The notes below the pieces were generated by a model. The model saw nothing but the letters and a program-made list of their open reading frames with translations, did no database searches and was not told where the DNA came from. Source: Candidatus Saccharimonadales bacterium (GTDB taxonomy: Bacteria > Patescibacteriota > Saccharimonadia > QS-5-54-17). From it: a DNA stretch of 64,000 nt. Of the stretch, positions 45,629 through 53,755 are shown piece by piece. The stretch lies in contig JBBDUI010000002.1 of the NCBI GenBank assembly GCA_040903985.1, forward strand, positions 599,633-663,632, given 5' to 3'. A program made the position numbers and the translations under genes. Each line of letters begins with the position of its first letter. The stretch's first letter is position 1.

Positions 45629-47155
45629 ATGGCAGTTATTGATACCTCAACCGTATCTACCGCCACAGCTTACAGCAATCAGCGTAAGGTTGATCGATGT
45701 CAGAATGGTGTACTTTGGTCGTTCTTTAATAATGGTTCTGGAGTAGTTGAACCTTGGTATTCAGAAGATGATGGGGTTACTTGGACGAACGGAGGCGCTA
45801 ATTTCTCTACCAACAACGCTTCATATACTCCTAATTTCTCAGTATTCATTGATTTAGATGATTATTGCCATGTTGTGTATAAGAACGGTAACTCTGGGTA
45901 TATTGAATATCGACGAGGAACACCAAACGCTGGACGCACTGCCTGGACTTGGACGAGTGCACATGAAGTTTTTGGTCATGCATCCTTCAACTATCCCGAT
46001 CTTGTCGCTCACCGGGAGGGGAGTGGCTGGGCTGTTCATCTAGCGGCGGGGTACGTAACTACAGGCTATGCCCAGATGTACGGCCACCGTTTCGATATTG
46101 ACTCAGGGGGAACTATTACTCCGGTATCATTGGGTGTCATAACGAATAACTATAATAGTGGTGTACAGCTCTTTCCTTCCATCGATTTTAATCATACTGG
46201 TGACGGGAAAACTGTGGCTGGGAGCACTCCACATATTTATATGGCTTGGTCGGCTGGAGCCACCGGCACTGGTAATGGTGTTCGGTTCAAGAAAGCTACC
46301 TATTCCGGTGGCTCATGGACGTGGGGCACTGAACGGGAGATTGATTCAACTAGGTACTTCCCATTCTCTAATAGAAATGCAGTATGCTTATTTGACGGCA
46401 CAAGGGTTATTATTGCTGGTCACGTGTATGATGCTAGCGGTAATGATGATATCGTACTATATGAACGTGATGTAGCAGACACTACTACAACTACTCGTAT
46501 TTTATTAGATAATGCTAATTCTAATCAATGGCATTTGGTCGGCTCATATACCTATGACGGTGAAGGCAATGTGTATTATTTTGGAGTAAATAACGGTGAA
46601 TTAATCTACCGTAAGTGGGTTAGAGCTACTACCACATTTGAAGCAGAAGTTATTATTGACAGCACTAATATAAGTAATAGTGCGGCTTGGGTATCAACGA
46701 AACGCGGCCACTCTAGCAACCGTATCGAGTACATCTACACCGATGGCGTTTCATCCCCATATAATATTACTTACGGTTCAATCCTACTTAACACTGCGCC
46801 CACTACCCCAACTATTCTTACACCGATAGTAAATGAGCGAGTTCACCATAACAGTATAGACTTCTCCTGGAGCTTTAACGATCCTGACGGCGGAGACTCT
46901 CAAAGTGCCTATGCCCTTCGGCGACAGCTCGATGGTGGGAGTGAAGAGTGGTGGGATGGTAGCACTTGGGTGGGTAGCGAGGTATTTGTCTCAACTGCTA
47001 GTACTACAGTGTCTATTCATTCCGACACTTTCGAGTCTGGTACCTATAGTTGGAGTGTGGTTACCCAGGATCAGGCCGGTGCAACTTCCGGCTACTCAAT
47101 ACCTCAGAACCTTAAGATTATTCGCTTTGAGCGGTGGGGAGCGGTACAGATATGA
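45629..47155 (+). CDS. BNR/Asp-box (sialidase-like beta-propeller) protein with a conserved C-terminal Ig/FN3-like domain ending FERWGAVQI.
   Basis: Asp-box YSEDDGVTWTNG. The C-terminal 110 aa are paralogous to the C-terminus of 47218..48195. Confidence 0.55.
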   Translation: MAVIDTSTVSTATAYSNQRKVDRCQNGVLWSFFNNGSGVVEPWYSEDDGVTWTNGGANFSTNNASYTPNFSVFIDLDDYCHVVYKNGNSGYIEYRRGTPNAGRTAWTWTSAHEVFGHASFNYPDLVAHREGSGWAVHLAAGYVTTGYAQMYGHRFDIDSGGTITPVSLGVITNNYNSGVQLFPSIDFNHTGDGKTVAGSTPHIYMAWSAGATGTGNGVRFKKATYSGGSWTWGTEREIDSTRYFPFSNRNAVCLFDGTRVIIAGHVYDASGNDDIVLYERDVADTTTTTRILLDNANSNQWHLVGSYTYDGEGNVYYFGVNNGELIYRKWVRATTTFEAEVIIDSTNISNSAAWVSTKRGHSSNRIEYIYTDGVSSPYNITYGSILLNTAPTTPTILTPIVNERVHHNSIDFSWSFNDPDGGDSQSAYALRRQLDGGSEEWWDGSTWVGSEVFVSTASTTVSIHSDTFESGTYSWSVVTQDQAGATSGYSIPQNLKIIRFERWGAVQI

Positions 47156-47217
47156 TACTAATCGTTCATTATCACCGTAGAATAAGTATTGATTATGTGA
47201 GAAAAGAGATACAGTAA

Positions 47218-48195
47218 ATGTCAGCACCCTCTTTCGTAAACTCAGCTTACTATAATAGCGGTGGCGGTTTGAATGCCACGGTCAATAAGCCTACCGGTAC
47301 TGGCTCGGGACACCTAATGCTCGCTTTTATTCATACCGGGGGTGACAACCCGACTAGCATAACTGCTCCGTCTGGCTGGTCGACACTACAAAGTCATTTC
47401 GCTCAGTACGTAGGATTTGCGTGCTTCTATAGGTGGGCAGGATCATCAGAACCTTCATCCTATCAGTTTAGTTGGAATAGCAACGGATGGGGTGTAGGCG
47501 GAATCCTGACCTTCTCTTCGGTCGGCTCTATCGGTAGTAGTGCAAAAAATTATACTTCTGGTACGACAGTTAGTGTCAGTGCGCCCTCACTTGCGATGAA
47601 TGCTAATTCGGTACTTGTAGCTGGATTTGGATTTAAGGGTAATGGATCGGTCTCTTCACCTTCCGGTATGACAGAGAGAATCGATGCGCCCCACACAAAT
47701 AACAACTACCCGACTACGCTAGGGGCATCTACGCAAGATTACCTTTCAGCGGCTTCCTCAGGGGCAAAGACAGCGACAATATCCGCATCATCAGACAGAA
47801 GCGCGGCTGTATCGGTAGAGTTACTAGGCACCAACTCTAACCCAGACACACCAACTCTTCTTACCCCGGCTGACAATCTTCGACAGCAGGGCGGGAATGT
47901 AGACTTTAGTTGGTCTCATTCTGATCCAGATGGCAACCCACAAGCCGCCTATGCTCTTCGTCGTCAAAAGATTGGTGATAGCTATGAGTGGTGGAATGGG
48001 TCTAATTGGGTTGCTACTCAAACATTTGTTAGCTCATCTACAGGGTCGGCCACTATTGATGCATCAACGTTTGAGAGAGGTGTGTATACATGGAGCGTTG
48101 CCACTCGTGACAGCATGAATGCTACTAGTGCATATTCTTCGCAGCGGACATTAGAAGTCATTAAGTTTGAACGGTGGGGAGCGGTACAGATTTAA
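47218..48195 (+). CDS. Paralog of 45629..47155: different N-terminal domain, same C-terminal domain (ends FERWGAVQI).
   Basis: Shared C-terminal block FSWSxxDPDG...AYALRRQ...WW.GS.WV...FVS...FE.G.Y.WSV.T.D...YS..Q.L..I.FERWGAVQI. Confidence 0.55.
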   Translation: MSAPSFVNSAYYNSGGGLNATVNKPTGTGSGHLMLAFIHTGGDNPTSITAPSGWSTLQSHFAQYVGFACFYRWAGSSEPSSYQFSWNSNGWGVGGILTFSSVGSIGSSAKNYTSGTTVSVSAPSLAMNANSVLVAGFGFKGNGSVSSPSGMTERIDAPHTNNNYPTTLGASTQDYLSAASSGAKTATISASSDRSAAVSVELLGTNSNPDTPTLLTPADNLRQQGGNVDFSWSHSDPDGNPQAAYALRRQKIGDSYEWWNGSNWVATQTFVSSSTGSATIDASTFERGVYTWSVATRDSMNATSAYSSQRTLEVIKFERWGAVQI

Positions 48196-48318
48196 GGTAC
48201 TTATCTGTTGTTTGTGTTGGTTATACATAGTAAAATAGACGCAAGCGTGAAGACCTACATATTCTTCTGGTAGTGCGCTCCAATAATATTTACTAAAAAC
48301 TAAAAGCAAGGGATAGAG

Positions 48319-49608
48319 ATGCCACGTTTACCGATACCGGGTTCTGATGAAGGAACATGGGGTGACCTCCTCAATGAGTTTCTTGAGGTAGAACATAGTG
48401 CTGACGGTACTCTAAAACTCACCGATACTATAGCTAGTAAATATGTGAAGCCCACTTCCGGTATTCCGAAGTCAGATCTAGCCGCCCCGGTTCAGTCTTC
48501 ACTTGATGCGGCCGATGCCGCAGCGGCACAATCGGCTTTGGATGATCATGTTAACGACACTTCGGCCGCCCATGCTGCTTCAGCTGTTTCATTTGCGCCA
48601 GCTGGTGCTATCTCGGCTACTACGGTGCAGGCGGCTATTGAAGAAGTGGCAACGGAAGCAGGCTCTTCGATCACTTTATCTGATGCTAGCCCTTCAGCCC
48701 TAGCAGCGGCCGCAGCTGCTGGTGTGTCAAATGAGATATCTCGCCATGACCATGTCCATCCCGATACCGGTTTAGCTACTGAGACGGCTCTCGATAGCCA
48801 TACTACTGCTACCACTGGCGTGCATGGTATTGCGGATACATCAGTACTTGAGACTAGTACCGGTGCTCAGACTAAAGTTGACGCCCATGCTGGAGACACT
48901 ACCGCCGTGCACGGTATTGCCGATACTTCAGTATTAGAGACGACCACTGGAGCACAGGCTAAGGTAGACGTACATACTGGAGACGGCGTTGATGCCCATG
49001 CTGCTACAGCTATCTCTTATGATAATACGGCCTCAAGTCTAACTGCTACTGACAGCCAAGCGGCTATCGATGAGTTAGTAACTACGTTATCCAGCACTCA
49101 ATTAGCCGACCTCGCCGATGTGGTTGAGACTGCTGCAAGCGATGGGCAGGTTTTAACCTTTGACACCACCAACGGTTGGCAGCCAGAGACTCCAGCAGTC
49201 GGGATAACCAGTCATAGCGGCTTAAGCGATCTTGGAGCTGATGATCATCTCCAGTACCAGATCGCCGATATAGCGCAGTTTGCTAGGGAGGGCACTCTAT
49301 CGGTGGCTAGTGGACGTGGCCGCTACCGTTTTCCTTATACTGCTACTATCTTGGGTGTCTCAGCCGCCGTCGATACGGCGCCGGTTGGATCCGGGATAAC
49401 GATCGATGTGAACAAGAACGGCACCACTATCTACACCACTCAGGGCAACCGTCCTAGTGTAAGTGATGGAACTAACGATGCTGCTGAGACTACACCGGAT
49501 GTCACTGCCGTGGCTAGTGGTGATCATTTAACAGTAGATATCGATACGGTTGGCTCATCTACTCCGGGAGCGGATTTGACGGTTTTCGTCCGTTATGCAC
49601 GAGCCTAA
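48319..49608 (+). CDS. Tail-fibre-like protein (429 aa) of the conserved-leader family.
   Basis: MPRLPIPGSDEGTWGDLLNEFLEVE leader. The same approximately 27-aa repeats (TTGVHGIADTSVLETSTGAQTKVDAH) as in 40004..40987. Confidence 0.7.
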   Translation: MPRLPIPGSDEGTWGDLLNEFLEVEHSADGTLKLTDTIASKYVKPTSGIPKSDLAAPVQSSLDAADAAAAQSALDDHVNDTSAAHAASAVSFAPAGAISATTVQAAIEEVATEAGSSITLSDASPSALAAAAAAGVSNEISRHDHVHPDTGLATETALDSHTTATTGVHGIADTSVLETSTGAQTKVDAHAGDTTAVHGIADTSVLETTTGAQAKVDVHTGDGVDAHAATAISYDNTASSLTATDSQAAIDELVTTLSSTQLADLADVVETAASDGQVLTFDTTNGWQPETPAVGITSHSGLSDLGADDHLQYQIADIAQFAREGTLSVASGRGRYRFPYTATILGVSAAVDTAPVGSGITIDVNKNGTTIYTTQGNRPSVSDGTNDAAETTPDVTAVASGDHLTVDIDTVGSSTPGADLTVFVRYARA

Positions 49609-49617
49609 AGCTAGCGC

Positions 49618-51138
49618 CTAACGCGGCACAAATTGGAGGTGACGGGATTCACTCCCGAAAATGAGCGGTTGCAGTGCTTTTTGAGTAGTAACGTTAATCT
49701 GCTCGACGCTTTGGTTGGGCCAATACCAGTTGGGGTTGCTGCGCACGATGAAGCTCACTACACCCCCGCCTTGGAGGAAAAGCAGGATCGTTAGGGTGGC
49801 TAGGGCGATTTTGAGCTTGGGTTTAGCGGTGAATATTGGCGTCATAGCGTGGCCGAAAATAATGATGACGGCTGGGATAATTAACAGTAAATAACGGCCG
49901 TTAAGGGCTGATATACGACCCAGGCTACTGTAGCCAGCATAGCTTTGGTACCACAATATTAGGATGTAGCTTATTATTATGGCAGCTAGAAAGCCGAGGA
50001 AAGGTTTAGTGCGAAAGATCTGGCGAGGCCGTCTTAACACAGAGAGTAGGCCGAAGCTAAATATGGCTACAGCTGAGAGAGCCGGTAGCGGGAGGGGTGG
50101 GAAGTTGTGGTAGCGGTCGGCAGCTAGGTCACCGTTAATCATGAAGAAAAGGCGGTACCACATCCCACTGAGCCATGTACCGATGTGGGTTTGGGGCGAG
50201 GGTTCAAAGTTTGGGTCTGCCGTTTGTCGGTAGCCAGCGTTCCGCTCATAGGGGCCAAACTCCAGACACTGTTCCACACTGATAACCTGATCACAATCAG
50301 GCACTAGCGTGTGGTAGCGGAGGAGATTCAGACCGAAACGCTCAAAGCATAAGAGACCACCGATAAGTAGCATGATAGGGAGTATAACCTTCAGTGGTCG
50401 TGCGATTCGGTGCCAACTTCTGCGGATTAGAGCGATGGTTGATCGCAGTGAATAGGAACGAAAAGTTAAGTAGGTATAGAGCAAGATGAAGCCGACGCCA
50501 CCGAGAAGAATCGGCAGTACGGCGTACTTAACGATAGAGGCAAAGAGGGCGACTATACCGATAATGAGCAGTTGCTGCAGGGGCAGCTGGTGCGCTTTTA
50601 GAGTACTTAAGGCGGAGTGAGAGACAAGCAGTAGCCAAGCGATGAGCAGCATCAGGCCGTTGTCGTAATTAATATGGGCGGCTAGCATAGGCACAATAGG
50701 GATTAAGGTAAAGAGCAGCAGACCGACATGGGTGAGAGCGTGAGATAGACCGGTAAGGGTAAATATCTTCCGATACAGCACGATCGTATAGGCGAAGATA
50801 CCGACATTGATCAGTCGTAGTGTGATTATCTGGACGGTTGGGGATTCACTAAAGAGGGTGATTATACGGAAGGGAAAACTAAGCAGGTAGTTATAGAAGT
50901 AGGAGGGCTCACGGGTGACTGAGTTAAGGTTGTAGCCCTCCGGATGTTCACCTAAGAAGGGTAGCCATTGTTCGGAGTAGACGCGGATGAAATTAAAGTG
51001 GTAGGCTTCATCAAAGGCCATGGGATAGCGAGCCGAGAAGACAAACCACAAGGCTTGGACGAGGAAAAGAGCTAGGATGAACCAAAAGAATTTCGGTGCA
51101 GCTATGATACTGTAGGCCCGAGAGTAGACTCTATTCAT
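49618..51138 (-). CDS. Polytopic membrane protein, GT-C-type glycosyltransferase-like (PMT/ArnT-like).
   Basis: More than 10 TM helices. N-terminal periplasmic-loop acidic motif (AFDEAYHF). Confidence 0.45.
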   Translation of the reverse strand: MNRVYSRAYSIIAAPKFFWFILALFLVQALWFVFSARYPMAFDEAYHFNFIRVYSEQWLPFLGEHPEGYNLNSVTREPSYFYNYLLSFPFRIITLFSESPTVQIITLRLINVGIFAYTIVLYRKIFTLTGLSHALTHVGLLLFTLIPIVPMLAAHINYDNGLMLLIAWLLLVSHSALSTLKAHQLPLQQLLIIGIVALFASIVKYAVLPILLGGVGFILLYTYLTFRSYSLRSTIALIRRSWHRIARPLKVILPIMLLIGGLLCFERFGLNLLRYHTLVPDCDQVISVEQCLEFGPYERNAGYRQTADPNFEPSPQTHIGTWLSGMWYRLFFMINGDLAADRYHNFPPLPLPALSAVAIFSFGLLSVLRRPRQIFRTKPFLGFLAAIIISYILILWYQSYAGYSSLGRISALNGRYLLLIIPAVIIIFGHAMTPIFTAKPKLKIALATLTILLFLQGGGVVSFIVRSNPNWYWPNQSVEQINVTTQKALQPLIFGSESRHLQFVPR

Positions 51139-51196
51139 TTATCTCATTGTACAGATTGAGCGTGATTTCGCCCAGCTGTACTGCTATGATTAGTCT

Positions 51197-51508
51197 ATGA
51201 GCCTAGAAAAGCACCCTTATCGTACGCCAGTGATTCTCACAATTATTACGATTGCTCTAGGTGCTAGCTTCTATCACTTTTTTGAGCAGTTCTCCTGGGT
51301 GGATGCCTACTACTTCACGGTCGGTACGATGTTTACTGTCGGCTATGGCGATCTAGCACCTAGCACCGACCTGGGGAAGATATTCACGACTTTCTACATG
51401 TTTATCGGTGTCGGCATTATCGGTGGCTTTATCCGAGCTATCTTTCACCACCGTCTAGAGAACTCGAAGATTACCTATTTACATCGTAACGACGAGTCTG
51501 GACAGTAG
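51197..51508 (+). CDS. Minimal 2-TM potassium channel (103 aa).
   Basis: K+ selectivity filter TVGYGD between two TM helices. Confidence 0.7.
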   Translation: MSLEKHPYRTPVILTIITIALGASFYHFFEQFSWVDAYYFTVGTMFTVGYGDLAPSTDLGKIFTTFYMFIGVGIIGGFIRAIFHHRLENSKITYLHRNDESGQ

Positions 51509-51517
51509 CCAAAGGAG

Positions 51518-53101
51518 CTAGTTAAGACTAGTTGCTTGGGGTCTGCGCCGCCGAGAGATGAGGCTGCGGATATCGTAGCGCCATTCCCAGACACCATAGC
51601 CAGCGGCTAAGAGTACAACTACCCCGGCCACCCACCAGGAAAGTGGCGTACCTGTTGATTCGACTTTTATATCTTTAACGCCAGCTATAGTGCCGTCATT
51701 GGGAGCTCCGACTCGGCGACAGCGATTAGTCTCCGGATTACGCTCTTGATCGGGTCCGCACGGCACCAGTTCAGAGGTAGCGGCTGCAATCTTTCGACAG
51801 CGATTAGTGTCTGGGTTGCGCTCTCTACCGGGACCGCAATCGGCTAGCTCTGAGGTAGTAGGAGCGATATTACGACAGCGGTTGGTCTCCGGATTGCGCT
51901 CCCGTCCCGGTTCACAAGGGATTAAACTGGAGGTCGCAGTTACTACATTTCTACAACGGTTAGTCTCCGGATTTCGACTTTGTCCTTCTGGGCAAGGGCG
52001 GAGTGGTAATATCTCATTTAGTGCATTCGGTGTCGGAGTATATGTTAGTGCCCAGTCATCTCCATCCAGCCAAGCCCAGGCTGCATCGTCCGGCATGGCA
52101 GCCGGATAGCTGGCACTGTATAGCTCGTCCGTATCGGAATTAAGTAGAAATACCGTACCGCCAGAAGAAATAGTAAGCCAGACGTCGGTTTCGTAATCGT
52201 AGAAGGCGCGGTAGCTCCCCGGTGACAGTGTAATATCGTTGAACCAATAGATATTATCGTTGTGGGTGCTTTGGAGTCCGCAGCCCGCTAGATCAATAAT
52301 GTCCGTGGTGGGGTTATAAATTTCTATGAACTGCCGGCCGGTCGCTGCCCCTTCCGGATTAGCGAAGATCTCCGATATTACGACTTCTTCACAGGGTGAG
52401 TCGGAGCTACTCCCTGTATCAGTCTCTTCATCGTCCTCAATTTCGTCCTGGGCCGTCGTGCAGGCCTGCTTGAGGCCGGGCTGCGGGGTTTCACTAACAT
52501 GGAAATCGTGTGAATTATCTCGAGTATCGACTATATCGTCTCCATTAAAACAGCGATGGATCGACTGACCAGCTGCTGGTGGAGGGGCTGGAGCTCCGAG
52601 GTAATATTCCGGCATACCATAACCTACCATATCGACAACAGCAGCGGACTCATCTAATAGCTGTAGAGTACCGTCGTTATAATTAAGCCCTAAAGTCGAC
52701 CCGAGCGTGATAAAAAAGTCCGCCTCAGCCAAGTAGCTCTCTCGACTGACGATAAAGTACTCACCCGGCTCTATCTCATAGTGTAGTTCAAGCGCAGGGT
52801 CGTCGTTAAATTCGGCGATGAACCGACTGCTACTACCACTTTTATTAGTGAACTTAAGCCGCCAACCGTCTAGCGATACTGTCATCTCACTTGCGTTGTA
52901 CAGTTCGACAAATTCATCCGTACCAACTGAGCCGCCAGCATTATTCACGCCACGAGTTTGTAAGCCGCTAATTAATACGACGGGATCCTCAGGCAGCGGA
53001 TCGGTGACGTCTTCACTGGCATAAATCTGGTTATTCACTGGCATAAGCCCCAGCGTTAAGACAGCAAATATAGGCAGTATAAGTTTCCCCATAAACTTCA
53101 C
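51518..53101 (-). CDS. Secreted, membrane-anchored protein with two lamin-tail domains (LTD) and about 3.5 Cys-containing 26-aa tandem repeats.
   Basis: Signal peptide. LTD signatures DEFVELYNAS...LDGWRL and RQFIEIYNPT...LAGCGL. Repeats CxPGRERNPETNRCR. C-terminal TM. Confidence 0.6.
   Translation of the reverse strand: MKFMGKLILPIFAVLTLGLMPVNNQIYASEDVTDPLPEDPVVLISGLQTRGVNNAGGSVGTDEFVELYNASEMTVSLDGWRLKFTNKSGSSSRFIAEFNDDPALELHYEIEPGEYFIVSRESYLAEADFFITLGSTLGLNYNDGTLQLLDESAAVVDMVGYGMPEYYLGAPAPPPAAGQSIHRCFNGDDIVDTRDNSHDFHVSETPQPGLKQACTTAQDEIEDDEETDTGSSSDSPCEEVVISEIFANPEGAATGRQFIEIYNPTTDIIDLAGCGLQSTHNDNIYWFNDITLSPGSYRAFYDYETDVWLTISSGGTVFLLNSDTDELYSASYPAAMPDDAAWAWLDGDDWALTYTPTPNALNEILPLRPCPEGQSRNPETNRCRNVVTATSSLIPCEPGRERNPETNRCRNIAPTTSELADCGPGRERNPDTNRCRKIAAATSELVPCGPDQERNPETNRCRRVGAPNDGTIAGVKDIKVESTGTPLSWWVAGVVVLLAAGYGVWEWRYDIRSLISRRRRPQATSLN
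51717..51995. repeat. About 3.5 copies of an imperfect 78-bp tandem repeat inside CDS 51518..53101.
   Basis: Unit starts at 51717, 51795 and 51873 (cgacagcgattagtctccgg...). Confidence 0.75.
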
Positions 53102-53168
53102 AGCGTAATCTACTCTTTTTAATCTACCTGCTTACTTTTAGCGTATGGCACCGTTAAGAACTGGGTCA

Positions 53169-53214
53169 AATAATCTTCAAAAAGTGTCCGATCGGACACT
53201 TTTTGAAGATTATT
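53169..53214. promoter_or_regulatory. Perfect 46-bp palindrome (AATAATCTTCAAAAAGTGTCCGA|TCGGACACTTTTTGAAGATTATT). A half-site copy lies at 53702..53729, upstream of the same gene.
   Basis: Read directly and verified base-by-base. The palindrome overlaps the stop of 53213..53689. A 26-nt half-site recurs in its promoter region. Confidence 0.7.
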
Positions 53215-53689
53215 ATTGCAAGATCCGAGCTACAAATATGCGGACGTATTTTTCTAAGTCAGAGGCCCTACACTCCTGCTTCAAATATTGGCCATAGCGG
53301 TAGCGCGACACCCAGACACTTTTCTGTACTTGTTCGAATCCAAGCTCGCGGAGTAAAGTGCGGATGAAGCGTCGTTTATGCCGGTCCGTCTCCGGAATGT
53401 CGAACGCCACTACCAAGTAGCGGCCGTCTTTAAGCTTAGCTGGTTCACCTGCTTGCAGCTGACGCCGTCCTTCTTTGGTAAGTGACGGTCTGCGCTGCAA
53501 GTCGAGCTCTATCAGTCCTGATTTTACCGAGCGGTAGTAAGCCGACTGTAAGGTCTTTTTCTTGTATTTCGAGTGTTTTTCCAGTTCATTAAAGAACTTA
53601 TTGGGTGTGAAAGACAACAGAAGATTAGGCCGTGTATACGGGATTAAAGCTTTGAGTATATAAGCCGTGCTGGGGCTTAAGCGCTTCAT
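53213..53689 (-). CDS. Small basic protein with a Cas2/VapD-like or PaaX-like C-terminal pattern. Likely a DNA-binding regulator.
   Basis: YLVVAFDIPETDRHKRRFIRTLLRELGFEQVQKSVWVS resembles the Cas2/PaaX_C beta-alpha-beta core. Flanked by the palindrome and its half-site. Confidence 0.35.
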   Translation of the reverse strand: MKRLSPSTAYILKALIPYTRPNLLLSFTPNKFFNELEKHSKYKKKTLQSAYYRSVKSGLIELDLQRRPSLTKEGRRQLQAGEPAKLKDGRYLVVAFDIPETDRHKRRFIRTLLRELGFEQVQKSVWVSRYRYGQYLKQECRASDLEKYVRIFVARILQ

Positions 53690-53755
53690 ACTTTATTATC
53701 TTCAAAAAGTGTCCGATCGGTCAAATTCTGCAAATGAATTACCTAGTTAGAAGGG

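Noticed and set aside
599-49608. Possibility that the conserved-N/variable-C family is a diversity-generating retroelement (DGR) target set.
   Set aside because: No reverse transcriptase ORF (no YxDD-containing protein) and no template/variable repeat pair are visible in the window. Variation is by whole-domain replacement, not adenine-specific point mutagenesis.
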